NCBI GenBank assembly: GCA_963833985.1
Contig: CAWIAD010000002.1
Span: forward strand, 992,001-1,056,000
Length of the DNA stretch: 64,000 nt
Direction of reading: 5' to 3'
Source of the DNA: an uncultured Planctomycetaceae bacterium
GTDB taxonomy: Bacteria; Planctomycetota; Planctomycetia; Isosphaerales; Isosphaeraceae
In this document: positions 30,914 through 42,010 of the stretch, piece after piece
Numbering within the stretch: the stretch's first letter is position 1
How the letters are laid out: each line of letters begins with the position of its first letter
Program-made: the position numbers and the translations under genes
The notes under the pieces: generated by a model
What the model was told of the DNA's origin: nothing
The model's database searches: none
What the model saw: only the letters and a program-made list of their open reading frames with translations

Positions 30914-31222
30914 CAGCTTGAACTCGTTCTCGCCGGTGAGGCAGTCGAACTGCCGCGCCACCAGCGCGGCGAGCCCGGGATCCTGAAGCTGCCGGGATAT
31001 GACCGCGGCGCCGACGAGGAACCGGCCCTTCGCGGCGTGCCGCAACGGCTCCGTCGGGGCGGCGGCCGTCGCCGGCTGGCCTAGCACGACGGCCGCGTCC
31101 TTTCGCGGCGCCGCGGATTGACCGAGCGCCCGGAATTCGCCGGCCGCGATCGCAGGGGCCAGGAGGAGCGTGAGCCTCAAGTGATTCAATCGATGCGGGC
31201 ATGGGCCGTTCAGGACGCTCAC
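30914..31222 (-). pseudogene. 5' fragment of a GH10 endo-xylanase
   Basis: FLVGAAV...[15 protein letters not shown] matches the GH10 N-terminal motif, then similarity stops. Confidence 0.7.
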
Positions 31223-31417
31223 CTCGAACCTCTGTACAAATGGGTGCTCAGACAAGCGAGAGCCGACGCATCGGGCGCCCTGGCATCCCCTTCCCGGAGT
31301 TCGACCCGAGGCTGCCAAACCCGCGGTGATCGGGCACGAGTTCAAGTCTATGGCGACGGCCCGTCGTTTTAAATAGACTCCACTCTGTGCTTCGGCCTGG
31401 AGAACTGGTGGAGGCTC

Positions 31418-31801
31418 ATGCGGCCCATTCTGCTGTGGATCGTGGCGATTCTGCCGTTCATGTCGCCCGTGGGCGCTCTCGCCCAGGACAACGGGGATGG
31501 GATGTATACCAACCCGCCGCTCTACGCCGACTACCCGGATCCGGACATCATCCGCGGGCTCCGCGCACGAGGCGGTTACCTGGTGGACGTCGCCTGGAAG
31601 GACGGCAAGCTGGCTCTCGCCGTCCTGCATTCCGAGCTGGGGAACCCCGCGAGATCGGCTTCGGAGACAAGCTTGAGAAGATGGCCATCCCGGCGAGTCA
31701 GGACGTGGTACCCGGACCGACTCTTCAGCGAGTCCCGAGGTGACGCGGCAGGCCGGCGCTCGCCCTCGGATCGCATCCCCTCCGTCCTCCGCGCCCCGTA
31801 A
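31418..31801 (+). pseudogene. Chimeric GH43 N-terminus / GH95-like C-terminus remnant
   Basis: Signal peptide plus [24 protein letters not shown] is fused in frame to [19 protein letters not shown]. Confidence 0.7.
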
Positions 31802-32103
31802 AGCCACCCCGACCGAGCGAGCGACGGCTCCACCACTTCCAGATTGACGGACTTCACCTCGGTTGAGCTCCCGCCGAACATCAGACGAAAGCGGGACTGT
31901 GGATGGTCGTGATCGCGGAGTAGGCCGCCTGCAGCCGTGCCCGAGGGTGCTCACCTCTTCGATCCCCACACGCCCCATCCCGATCCGCTCACGAACGGTG
32001 GTCGGTGGATTCCATCACCTTCGAATCCTCCTCCGCACCGTGCTTCGGTCTGTTCGACCGAAGTAGCGGGGAAGTAACTTCATCGCTCGGTCTTGCTCTG
32101 CAC

Positions 32104-33004
32104 GTTTGTCAGTTCCGGCCCGTGAACGGGTACATCAACTGGAAGTGACACGATTGGAATCGTGTCCGACGAGAAGCTCGGAGAGGTGACACGATCAGAA
32201 TCGTGTCCTTGCGTCAGGAAAGCTCTGGAAAGGAGGAAGAGACTCGAACTCGGAAACCTTTCGTTGAAACCCTGAAACCCTGCGGGTACGGATCCCGCCT
32301 GGCAAAGCTGGACCAGCAGCCAGAAGCGAGTCTTGCGTGGTGATGGGGCAACCCATCCTGCGAAGCGTGGACAGCCAGGTCAAAGGTCGTGTGATTGAGC
32401 CCCGAAAAATTCTTGACCGCGTGGAGCCTTCGTCGTGGACACAGGCGGGGACCGTGTCAGGCAACTGACTCGTGGTCCACTCAGCCTGGCTGATCCTGCT
32501 GGGGTCGAAGAGCACGGACAATGACCACCAGGGTTTCCAGGGAACCTTACTTAGAGCCCCCGACGTCTCCATCGACATTCCGGACGAGGAGCCCGGAACC
32601 CCAGATCTCTTGGCCTCCGGTGGGCCGCCCACCACCGAGGGGAGCGAACGACGGGAGGAACGACGGTATCGGCTCGTGAAGATATCGAAACGAGCTGAGA
32701 ATGACGGCGGCGAGTCGGAGCGTCCATCGTATCGCCGAAGCAGGGGAACCATCCCGAGGGACCCCGTGGAGAGAAGGGGACGCCATGTCATGACACCGTT
32801 GGAGAGAACCATGGCGGGTGCATCGAAACCCTTAACCGTGCCAACAAAACAACAACGGATCGCGGAGTCGGGTACGAGATGGGGCGCTGATTCACTCAGG
32901 GAGCCGTCCCGTAGCGATTTCATGATATGACGAGCCGTATGCCCGAGAGGGCACGTACGGATCCGTGGGAGCCCCGGGGGAGCAATCCCCTGGGGCCACC
33001 CGGC
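32104..33004 (+). mobile_element. ORF-less (internally deleted) group II intron
   Basis: Domain V GAGCCGTATGCCCGAGAGGGCACGTACGGATC (32932-32963). Domain VI CCCGGGGGAGCAATCCCCTGGGGCCACCCGGC. RT remnant PTKQQRIAE near 32840. The 5' end (GTTTG, 32104) is tentative. Confidence 0.7.
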
Positions 33005-33219
33005 CACAAAGAGCGGCCTCCCGGGCATCCACGATCGCATCAACCTGCCGAATGCCTGTCAAAGAATGATTGCGAACCTGCTTGGCTGGCGGCCCGATCC
33101 CGGAGGGCAGGGGCCACGGCTGGTGTTTGAACACGGCGGGCGTTAGCTTAGCTCTCTGCGCGGTCCCTTTTCCGCCGGCCGCGCTGGAAACGGAAGTCTT
33201 GCGATTCGAGGAGTATACG

Positions 33220-36200
33220 ATGAGGCAATGCCGTAGCTGGTGGCCATTGGCGCGGATCACGGACGCGTACCTCTGTCTCGGCCTGTGCGTATCCGTGGTG
33301 GCCTCGCCCGCTGCCCGGGCCATCGACACCAGTGACACGCGGCTGCTGGGATCACCAGCGATCACGGTGGGGAAGATCGCCTTTGTGTATGCGGATGATG
33401 TCTGGACCGCCCAGCCCGATGGGAGCGGTGCGCGCCGGCTCACGTCGCATCCAGGACAGGAGAGCAGCCCCTACTTTTCGCCCGACGGCAGGCACGTGGC
33501 GTTCACGGCAAGCTACGATGGCAATGTCGATGTTTACGTCGTGCCATGCGAGGGCGGCGAGCCGAAGCGGCTCACCTGGCATCCCGGCGAGGATATCGTC
33601 CGCGGCTTCACGCCCGACGGCAAGGTCCTTTTCAGCTCGCAGTGCGCGGTGTTCTCGCGCAGGCATGCGCAGTTCTTCACCGTCGGCATCGCGGGCGGCG
33701 TGCCGCAGGCCCTGCCGGTTCCCTCCGGCGACAAGGGCGCGATCTCGCCGGACGGCAGCTCCCTGGCCTACACGCCCCTGGGCGAGCGCTTTCACCAGTG
33801 GAAGAACTATCGCGGAGGCACGGCCTCGCGGATCTGGGTGCTCAAGCTGGCTGACCTGTCGCACGAGGAGATTCCCAAGCCTTCCGGCGGATGCAACGAT
33901 ACGCAACCCATGTGGATTGGCCAGACCGTTTACTTCCTCTCCGATCGCGATGGTGAGTTCAACCTCTACGCATACGACCTCAAGACCCGGAACGTGGTAC
34001 GCAAGACCAGGCACGAAGCATTCCCGGTCGAAAGCGCCTCGGCGGGCGCAGGGCGGATCATTTACGAGCAGGCCGGATACCTGCACGTCTTCGATCCCGG
34101 CGTGAACGAGTCCAGCCGACTGAAAGTGGCCGTGGCGGCCGACCTGGCGGAGACGCGCCCGCGCTACGTGAGCAATCCCAAGACGATTCGCTCGGCCGAT
34201 CTCTCACCTACCGGCAAGCGTGCGGTGTTCGAATACCGCGGCGAGATCGTCACGGTTCCCGCGAAGAAAGGAGACCCGCGCAACCTGACCGAAACCGCCG
34301 GCGCGCACGAGCGTTCGCCGGTCTGGTCGCCTGACGGCAAGGCGATCGCCTGCTTCTCCGATGCCTCGGGCGAATACGCGCTCCAGATCCTTCCCCAGAA
34401 TGGACGGGCGCAGGGGCAAATCCATCGCCTCAAGGGCGCTGGTTTCTTCGAACGCCCGGTCTGGTCTCCGGATAGCAAGAAGCTGGCCTTCAGCGACAAC
34501 TCCCGTACCCTCTACTGGACCGACCTGGGTTCGGAAACCGTCCAGCGCGTTGCCGCCGAGCCGGTTTACAGTCCCATCAATACACTGCAAGCGGTCTGGT
34601 CGCCCGACTCGCGCTGGCTCGCGTACACCAAGACCACCAGGGCGGGCATCCAGACGATCCAGCTCCACTCGCTCGAGCAGGACCGCTCGTTCCAGGTGAC
34701 CGATGGACTGGCCGAGGCGGCAGAGCCGGTCTTCGACAAGAGCGGCAAGTACCTCTTCTTCCTGGCATCCACGAATGCCGGGCCCGTCAAGAACTGGTTC
34801 GATCAGTCGTTCACGGATATGCCGCTATCCATGTCCATCTACGTGCTCACACTCCAGAAAGCGACACCAAACCCGCTTCTGAAGGAAAGCGATGAGGAGG
34901 GCGCGGAGGCAGCGGACAAGACGAAGGAAGAGTCCAGGCCCGAGACCAGACCGGATTCCGACTCGACGAAGAAAACCGACTCCAAGGAGGCCGAGAAGAA
35001 AGACCCAGGCGCATCCAGAGATCAGGCCTCGGGGAGCGAGAAGCCGGCCGGCGGCAAGGAAGTCGCGAAGGGCAAGAACGTTGAACCAGTCAAGATCGAC
35101 CTTGCGGACATCGCTGACCGCATCATCGCCCTGCCGGTGCCGGAAGGGATGATCAGCAATCTCAACGCGGGGGAAGGCGGCGAGCTTTACTATCTGCGGC
35201 GTCTGACTGCACGACCCGGGCGCGGTGAGGAAGGGATGGGCAAGCCGTCGCTGCGCCGCTTTACCCTGAAGACACTAGAGGAAGAGACGCTGGCCGAGGA
35301 GATCGATGAGTTCCACCTCTCCGCCGATCACAAGAAAATCCTCTACCGTTCCGGCGAAGGATGGGGCATCGTCGATGCCGGCAAGTTCCACAAGGGGGAC
35401 GGAACCCTGGCATCCCTGGGCGCGATCTCTATCCGCATCGACCCCCGGGCCGAATGGGCCCAGATGTTCCACGAAGCCTGGCGCATCAATCGCGATTACT
35501 TCTACGCCCCCAACATGCACGGCGCCGACTGGGACGCCGTGCGCCGGAAGTATGACGCGCTGCTGCCGCACCTGGCAAGCCGCGGCGACCTTGACCGCGT
35601 GATCCGCGGAATGCTCAGTGAGCTTGCCGTGGGCCATAGTTTTCTGGGCGGGGGCGAGCGGCTCTACGAGCCCAGGACCGTACCTGTGGGCTTGCTCGGG
35701 GCCGACTACGAGGTGGCCGACGGGCACTTCCGGTTCAAAACCGTCTACGGTGGAGCCTACTGGGACCCGAGCCTGCACGCGCCCTTGCTGGCGCCAGGAG
35801 TCAATGTCCAGCAGGGCGACTTCCTGCTCGCCGTGAACGGCAAGCCGGTCAGCACCGGCACCGAGGTCTACAGCGCCTTCGAGGGGACCGTCGGCAAGCG
35901 TACCGAGCTCAAGGTCGGGCCCCGGGCCGACGGCACGCAGGCGCGCAGCGTCGTGGTCGAGCCGATTGCCGACGAAGGTGCACTACGAAACCGGGCCTGG
36001 GTGGAGAAGAACCTGCGCACCGTGCACGAGCGGACGAAAGGGCAGGTCGCCTATGTTTACGTGCCGAACACGGCGGACTCCGGCTATGACTACTTCAAGC
36101 GCTATTTCTTTCCCCAGGCCGACAAGGCGGCAATCATCGTTGACGAGCGGTTCAACGGGGGCGGCCAGGTCGCCGATTACTACATCGAGTTGCTGCGCCG

Positions 36201-36681
36201 GCCACTGGTCAGCTACTGGGCCACACGCCACGGCGCGCCCATCCGCACGCCGAACGCGGCCATCCTCGGGCCCAAGGTCATGATCATCGACGAGACAGCC
36301 GGCTCCGGAGGCGATCTCTTGCCCTGGATGTTCCGGAAGTTTCGTCTCGGGCCCCTGGTCGGCAAGCGAACCTGGGGCGGCCTGGTCGGCATCCTGGGGT
36401 TCCCCGTGCTCATGGACGGGGGCCAGGTGACCGCACCCGACCTGGCCATCTTTACCGACGAAGGCTGGGTGGTTGAGAACGTCGGCGTGGCGCCCGATAT
36501 CGAGGTCGAGCAGGACCCTGCCGCCGTTGCCGCCGGCAAGGACCCTCAGCTTGATCGTGCCATCGAGACCGTCCTCGAGGCGCTGGCCAAGAACCCGCCC
36601 CCCCCAGCCCCTGAGCGGCCACCCTTCCCCATGCGCGTCCGCCCCGGTTCGGACATCCGTGCACGAGGGAATGGTCCCTGA
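33220..36681 (+). CDS. Tricorn protease homolog (S41, PD40 propellers + PDZ)
   Basis: PD40 repeats, WKNYRGG, DERFNGGG, AGSGGD catalytic Ser, RTWGG and ENVGVAPD. Confidence 0.92.
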   Translation: MRQCRSWWPLARITDAYLCLGLCVSVVASPAARAIDTSDTRLLGSPAITVGKIAFVYADDVWTAQPDGSGARRLTSHPGQESSPYFSPDGRHVAFTASYDGNVDVYVVPCEGGEPKRLTWHPGEDIVRGFTPDGKVLFSSQCAVFSRRHAQFFTVGIAGGVPQALPVPSGDKGAISPDGSSLAYTPLGERFHQWKNYRGGTASRIWVLKLADLSHEEIPKPSGGCNDTQPMWIGQTVYFLSDRDGEFNLYAYDLKTRNVVRKTRHEAFPVESASAGAGRIIYEQAGYLHVFDPGVNESSRLKVAVAADLAETRPRYVSNPKTIRSADLSPTGKRAVFEYRGEIVTVPAKKGDPRNLTETAGAHERSPVWSPDGKAIACFSDASGEYALQILPQNGRAQGQIHRLKGAGFFERPVWSPDSKKLAFSDNSRTLYWTDLGSETVQRVAAEPVYSPINTLQAVWSPDSRWLAYTKTTRAGIQTIQLHSLEQDRSFQVTDGLAEAAEPVFDKSGKYLFFLASTNAGPVKNWFDQSFTDMPLSMSIYVLTLQKATPNPLLKESDEEGAEAADKTKEESRPETRPDSDSTKKTDSKEAEKKDPGASRDQASGSEKPAGGKEVAKGKNVEPVKIDLADIADRIIALPVPEGMISNLNAGEGGELYYLRRLTARPGRGEEGMGKPSLRRFTLKTLEEETLAEEIDEFHLSADHKKILYRSGEGWGIVDAGKFHKGDGTLASLGAISIRIDPRAEWAQMFHEAWRINRDYFYAPNMHGADWDAVRRKYDALLPHLASRGDLDRVIRGMLSELAVGHSFLGGGERLYEPRTVPVGLLGADYEVADGHFRFKTVYGGAYWDPSLHAPLLAPGVNVQQGDFLLAVNGKPVSTGTEVYSAFEGTVGKRTELKVGPRADGTQARSVVVEPIADEGALRNRAWVEKNLRTVHERTKGQVAYVYVPNTADSGYDYFKRYFFPQADKAAIIVDERFNGGGQVADYYIELLRRPLVSYWATRHGAPIRTPNAAILGPKVMIIDETAGSGGDLLPWMFRKFRLGPLVGKRTWGGLVGILGFPVLMDGGQVTAPDLAIFTDEGWVVENVGVAPDIEVEQDPAAVAAGKDPQLDRAIETVLEALAKNPPPPAPERPPFPMRVRPGSDIRARGNGP

Positions 36682-36727
36682 TGAACAGGGTAGAAAATGG
36701 CCATACTCCACATGCATGGCGGAATTG

Positions 36728-36790
36728 GCCACAGATGAACACGATTCACAAGCAATGTGGCTCATTGCCCGAGTTTTGTTCATCCGTGGC
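36728..36790. repeat. Intergenic inverted repeat (REP-like / possible bidirectional terminator)
   Basis: GCCACAGATGAACA (36728-36741) pairs with TGTTCATCCGTGGC (36777-36790), 13/14, between convergent genes. Confidence 0.55.
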
Positions 36791-36831
36791 TCATTCGCCG
36801 GATGTGTGGCTCACGGAACGTTCCATGGGGA

Positions 36832-39800
36832 TCAGCGTTTTCCGTGGCTGGTGTGGAACAGCGCTGGCCTGATCGCGGGCGTGTGCACGGCGGCAGGCCT
36901 GGATACGACCTTGATGACCTTCTGCAAGTGCGCTGGCTTCGCTACCGTGGCGCGCACCGGCGTTGCCGCAACCAGGGGATAGGGCTTGAGCTTGCCGTGT
37001 ACTGGGAAAACCTTGATGGGCCTGGTGGCAAGGGTAGGCACCCAGTAGGTCGCCAGCGGCGCGTGCGGGAAGGGGGCTTTACCCCAGGGAACCTGGCCGG
37101 CCACGATGCTCGACACCAGGCTCGGGTAATGCTTGGCGAATGCGGTCGGATCAGTCTGGTACGCGCGCTCGAAGTGATAGAAGACGTTGCCAACGTGGAG
37201 TGCCAGGTCATGCAGCCGGCAGGTCGGCTTCTGGTACTCACCGAAGAGGTAATTCGTCCCGGTGGCACAGCCCGCGACTGCGATATCAACGATTGCTTCC
37301 TTGGTGGCGGTTCCGCCCAGGCTGCCGGCCGTGTTCGTGGAGGCAATGAAGATGGAGGGTTGCGTGCGGATGACCTCGTAGGTGCCCGGACGGAGGCCGG
37401 TAAAGGAATAGACTCCCTCGCTGCTGGTCGTCGTGGTCATCTGGACCGACTGCCCGAGGTCGTTGGTGCCGTCGAGCGAGACCGTCACGTGGGCGATTCC
37501 AATATCGGAGGAATCCATCACCCCGTTCTGGTTGAGGTCGTAATAGACGACTCCGGATATCGAGCTCGGCTTCAGATCGGCGAAGTTGTAACCCGAGGCC
37601 GTCACGCCCGCGGCCAGCGTGATACCGGAAATCACATTGCCGGAAGCTGTGCCACCCGAGTTGCCAGGGATTGTCTTACCCTGAAAATAACCGGCCGGCA
37701 CACTCTCGATGACCGTGTACGTGCCAGCCGCGAGCAGGCTGAAACTGTACGTGCCGTCACTGCCCGTGGTCGTCACCACGTGCACGGGGTTGCCGAGTGT
37801 GTCCATTCCGGCCAGGGTGACCGTCGCACCGGCGATGGGCGTCTCGGTGGCTTGCTGAAGCCCGTCGTTGTTGCAATCACAGAACACCGTGCCACCGATG
37901 GAGCTCACCGATGGACCCGGCGATGGGTTCAGCAGCTCCCCGAAGTTGTAGCTGACCCCGCTGTTGTCGGAGGCAAGGACAATGTGGCTGATGACGTCGA
38001 CGCCCGGGCCGAGCTGACCGACGGCGGTGCCGCCCACCGTGCCGACCGCGTTCGTCCCTTGCAGGTAACCGGCAGGCTGCGTCTCGGTCACGGAGTAGGT
38101 GCCGGGCCGCAGGTCGCCGAAGGAGTAAGCCCCGGTGCTGTCCGTGGTGGTGGTGAGCGGGGAGATGACTCCCTCGTCGTTGCTGCCGGTCAATGTGACG
38201 GTCGTGCCGGGAATCGGCGGCTCACCGCTATCCTTCAATCCGTTGTTGTTGAGATCCACGTAGACGAAGCCGGCGATACTTGCAGGCAAGAGCTCGTCGA
38301 AATTGTAGTTGATACCGCTGCTGCCTGACACCAGCGAGACGTTGCTCAGCACGTCGACGCCCGGGCCGAGCTGACCGACGGCGGTGCCGCCCACCGTGCC
38401 GACCGCGTTCGTCCCTTGCAGGTAACCGGCAGGCTGTGTCTCGGTCACGGTGTACGTGCCGGGCCGCAGGTCTCCGAAGGAGTAGGCTCCGGTGCTGTCG
38501 GTGGTGGTGGTGAGCGGCGCGATTGCGCCCTGGTCGTTCGTACCCGTCAACGTCACCGTCGTTCCAGGGATCGGCGATTTCCCGCTGGACTTCACGCCAT
38601 TGTTGTTCGCGTCGACGTAGACGAAACCGGCGATGCTTGCCGGCAAGAGCTCGCCGAAATTGTAGTTGATGCCGCTGTTTCCAGAGACCAGGGAGACGTT
38701 GCTGAGCACGTCGACGCCCGGGCCGAGCTGACCGACGGCGGTGCCGCCCACCGTGCCGACTGCGTTCGTCCCTTGCAGGTAACCGGCAGGCTGCGTCTCG
38801 GTGACGGAGTAAGTGCCGGGCCGCAGGTCGCCGAAGGAGTAGGCCCCGGTGCTGTCGGTGGTGGTGGTGAGCGGAGAGATCGCGCCCTGGTCGTTCGTAC
38901 CCGTCAAGGTCACCGTCGTTCCGGGGATCGGGGCCTCACCGCTGTCCTTCACGCCATTGTTGTTCGCGTCCACGTAGACGTAGCCGCTGATCTGTGCGGC
39001 CGCCAGATTGGTGAAGTTCAGGCTCTCGGGAACAATCAGCCCCTGAGTCCCGCCGGGAACATTCGTGGATGGCAACCCGTTAAGGTACACGGCCATCTCG
39101 TTCTGGCCCTGTGCCTCGGACAGGAAGTTTGCCGCGTACTGGACCTCAGCGGAGCCGGCGCTCAGCCCCTGAACCGAGAAGCTCCCATTCAGAACGTTGT
39201 AGGTGCCCGAGGTCTCGTACTCGAGCTCCCAGATGGCAAGCTGAAGCCCAGCCTGGAGCGCTGGGGCGTTCGGGCCGGGGTTCGCGCTCAGGACACTCCC
39301 GTAGTGGTTGTACAGGTAGGCGATTTCGCCGGCGTTCTGCGGGTTCTTGACCAGGGGATCGTTTGCCAGCCCCGCACTGAGCGGCTCCATCGCATACGGC
39401 AGGTTGGTATTGCCGGTGAAGATGTCGCGGTAAAAGTCGACACAGAACGAGGGGAAAAGCGGGGAAGTGTAGTTGATTCCCGCCTCGCTGACGGTGACGT
39501 TGAGCTGGCCCACCAGCCCGGTCTGCGTGGTCCCATTTGCCGTGAGCGTGAGCTGTTCCTTGATGTGCGAGGGGTAGGAGAGCTGCAACGCGGACGCGTC
39601 GCCAATCTGCACATTGATCGTGCTGGCGGTCTGACCGAGGATCGGCGTGAGCGGCGAGTTGGGCTGGCTGGCGTAGTTCACGTAGCCGGCTGGGGGCGTT
39701 TCCGTGATCTGGTAGCTGCCGGCGGGGAGGTTCTGGAACAGGTACGCGCCGCTGGTGCCCGTGGTCACCGTCTGGTCCGGGATCGAGGGAGTATCCAGCT

Positions 39801-40038
39801 TGTGGAGCACGACGGTGGCGCCTGCCAGATCCTGCCCGGAGCCGGTCACCGTGACGACTCCCTGGAGGAAATCGGTCGCGGCGAGCAGGATGCGCTGCTC
39901 GCAGAGTTCCAATCTCGGTGCCTCGCTCCGTCTTCGCAAACGCGCTTCGCGGCTGCCCCGCCGCGGGTTGAGATCCGCAGTCATCATCAAACGTGTCCTT
40001 TGCCGGCTCGGTGGCCGGTTCATCGCGAGGAGACTCAA
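36832..40038 (-). CDS. Large surface protein with SdrD-B/CnaB repeats and a putative thioester domain
   Basis: Planctomycete N-terminal motif LELCEQRILLA. FCVD...LQLAIW domain. About 6 SdrD-B-like domains (GxVYxDxNNNG..TTDSTGAYSF). Start codon uncertain. Confidence 0.85.
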   Translation of the reverse strand: MSLLAMNRPPSRQRTRLMMTADLNPRRGSREARLRRRSEAPRLELCEQRILLAATDFLQGVVTVTGSGQDLAGATVVLHKLDTPSIPDQTVTTGTSGAYLFQNLPAGSYQITETPPAGYVNYASQPNSPLTPILGQTASTINVQIGDASALQLSYPSHIKEQLTLTANGTTQTGLVGQLNVTVSEAGINYTSPLFPSFCVDFYRDIFTGNTNLPYAMEPLSAGLANDPLVKNPQNAGEIAYLYNHYGSVLSANPGPNAPALQAGLQLAIWELEYETSGTYNVLNGSFSVQGLSAGSAEVQYAANFLSEAQGQNEMAVYLNGLPSTNVPGGTQGLIVPESLNFTNLAAAQISGYVYVDANNNGVKDSGEAPIPGTTVTLTGTNDQGAISPLTTTTDSTGAYSFGDLRPGTYSVTETQPAGYLQGTNAVGTVGGTAVGQLGPGVDVLSNVSLVSGNSGINYNFGELLPASIAGFVYVDANNNGVKSSGKSPIPGTTVTLTGTNDQGAIAPLTTTTDSTGAYSFGDLRPGTYTVTETQPAGYLQGTNAVGTVGGTAVGQLGPGVDVLSNVSLVSGSSGINYNFDELLPASIAGFVYVDLNNNGLKDSGEPPIPGTTVTLTGSNDEGVISPLTTTTDSTGAYSFGDLRPGTYSVTETQPAGYLQGTNAVGTVGGTAVGQLGPGVDVISHIVLASDNSGVSYNFGELLNPSPGPSVSSIGGTVFCDCNNDGLQQATETPIAGATVTLAGMDTLGNPVHVVTTTGSDGTYSFSLLAAGTYTVIESVPAGYFQGKTIPGNSGGTASGNVISGITLAAGVTASGYNFADLKPSSISGVVYYDLNQNGVMDSSDIGIAHVTVSLDGTNDLGQSVQMTTTTSSEGVYSFTGLRPGTYEVIRTQPSIFIASTNTAGSLGGTATKEAIVDIAVAGCATGTNYLFGEYQKPTCRLHDLALHVGNVFYHFERAYQTDPTAFAKHYPSLVSSIVAGQVPWGKAPFPHAPLATYWVPTLATRPIKVFPVHGKLKPYPLVAATPVRATVAKPAHLQKVIKVVSRPAAVHTPAIRPALFHTSHGKR
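37930..39000 (-). repeat. Three near-identical 357-bp (119-aa) intragenic tandem repeats
   Basis: ACGTCGACGCCCGGGCCGAGC recurs at 37994, 38351 and 38708 (period 357). Boundaries approximate. Confidence 0.9.
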
Positions 40039-40145
40039 CGTGGCCAGAGGACGTATCGGAAAGTCCGGCCGCCAGGACCGGGGATCAAGTCGTAAGCTCA
40101 GGGGAAGATGTCGGGCCTTTAAAAAAGGTGCGTGTTCCTCGACGG

Positions 40146-41806
40146 TCAGGTCCAGAGCGACCAGCCTCCGGTGATCAGGACGTATCCGGCGATCAGAGCA
40201 TTGGTTGTTGCATGCGCCAGCACGGCATGGCTGAGCTGCCCGCTGCGGCGCAGGGTCAGGGCGTAAAGCAATCCCGCGATCGTTCCAGCCAGCCAGCGTT
40301 CCTGATGCATGGCGCCAAAGAGCAGCGAGGAAATCAGCACCGACAGCAAGGAAAGCCCGGTGGCCGGCACGCGCTCGAAATCGGCGTTCATCAGGCGCCG
40401 CGCCAGGTAGCCGCGGAACGCCAGTTCTTCCGCCAGCGGCACCGTGACCACGGAACCGAACACCCGAGCCGCCAGCCAGCCAGCCGCGGCTGGCACGGAC
40501 ATCCCCGCGAGCGCCTGGCCGAGGGCTTGCCCGGGATCACCTGCCTGGCCTTGGTGAACGGGCTCCAGCGCCATCCAGATGAGGAACGTTGCGGCACCGG
40601 CGGCGACGGCGAACCAGGACCACGCCCCGCTCCAGCAGGCATAGGCGCGGCGAAACACCAGCAATGCGCCCAGGGCCACGACAATCCGCACGGGGTAGTA
40701 CGCATCGAACGGGCCGGCGGAAAATGCCCCGGCGGCCATCGTGACGGCCGTGATGGCCAGTAAAGGGCTCAGGTATGCCGCCGTGGGGTTGGCGATGACC
40801 AGCGGGTAGTCTTCCTCGGGCCGCTCGAGCTTCGAGAACAGGCCCATGCCGCGCGAGGCTGCCACCAGCCCGAGTGCCACCAGGTTGAAGGCCAGCCATC
40901 CGGCCTGGGAGTGGAACCCCCCCAGCGCGACCTCAGGCTGACCCCAGGCCCCCAGCAAGACCAGGCCGGTGATCCTGAGCACATTGAACACCCAGATGAC
41001 CGCCGTCCCTACCGGGATGAGCCAGAGCGCCTGGGGGAACCGGAGGCTGCGCCTGTAGAGCACCAGGTAGCCAGCCAGGAACGCCCAGATCAGGCCGATT
41101 CCCTCGAAGCCGGAGCACTCCGGCGCGATCGTCACCGTGAAACCGCGCATGCCCAGTTCATGGGTACCGGGATTGCAAAGCACGCCGCGGTCGAAAAGAC
41201 TCAGGAGCCGACCGGCGGCGAGAAACGTGCCGTCATGGAACGTGTCCCAGAGACGCCCTGTCGAACCTCCGATCCGGAGGGCCGCGACGCCGACACCGAT
41301 GCCGAAAAGCAGCACCGTCCAGACGCGCCGTAGCAGACCAATCCAGAAAATCGCCGGCCTCAACGCCAGCGCCCAGGTTGCGCCCGTGGCCGCGCCGGTT
41401 CCGATCCAGAGCAGGACCGGCAGGCTCTGCGGCGATGGCCTTCCGAGGCCGCCGATCAGCCAGCCGGTCGCGCCGAAGAAGAGCCCGTAGGCTGCCAGGT
41501 GTGCCCCGACCCATGGTGTTCGCAGCGCCTGAGGAGAACCCTGCTGGAAAAGGCTGGCCAGGTCCTGGCGATACCGTGACGAGCTGAGCAAGACCATACT
41601 CGCCGTGGCCGCGACGCACATGGCCAGCCGGAGCAATGCCGAGGAGTGGCCGATGAGCCGCACCAGCGGGTTGGGATGGCCTGCGACCGCCGGGATGTTC
41701 GTATCGAACGAGAGCGAAAGGGCGATGCCTCCCCCACCAGGATCGCCAGCCAGAACAATCCCCAGGCCATGCGTCCGGGGTATCGACCTCGAACCGGCGA
41801 TGCCAT
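40146..41806 (-). CDS. xrtE: Exosortase E / CAAX-protease fusion (VPEID-CTERM system), frameshift near 41727
   Basis: IAPECSG (Cys), FNVLRI (Arg) and FHSQAGW (His) exosortase triad. C-terminal AEELAFRG/LFGAMH/HATTN CPBP motifs. Adjacent to a VPEID gene. Confidence 0.85.
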
Positions 41807-42010
41807 TTTCAGAACGCAAGGTGACTCGGCGCACGACACGATGAGGTGACCCAGTAAGCAAGCTTGAAAGAGGGAACGAAGGGTCGCGGCCTGATCCACA
41901 CGAAGCAACAGCGCGCACTGTGAGCCTGGTGGTTCCGCGACCCGGATTCGACCGGCACGATGAACCGTCTGGAAGACAACCAGGGGGCGAAAGCGAGTCG
42001 CCCTGGCGGC

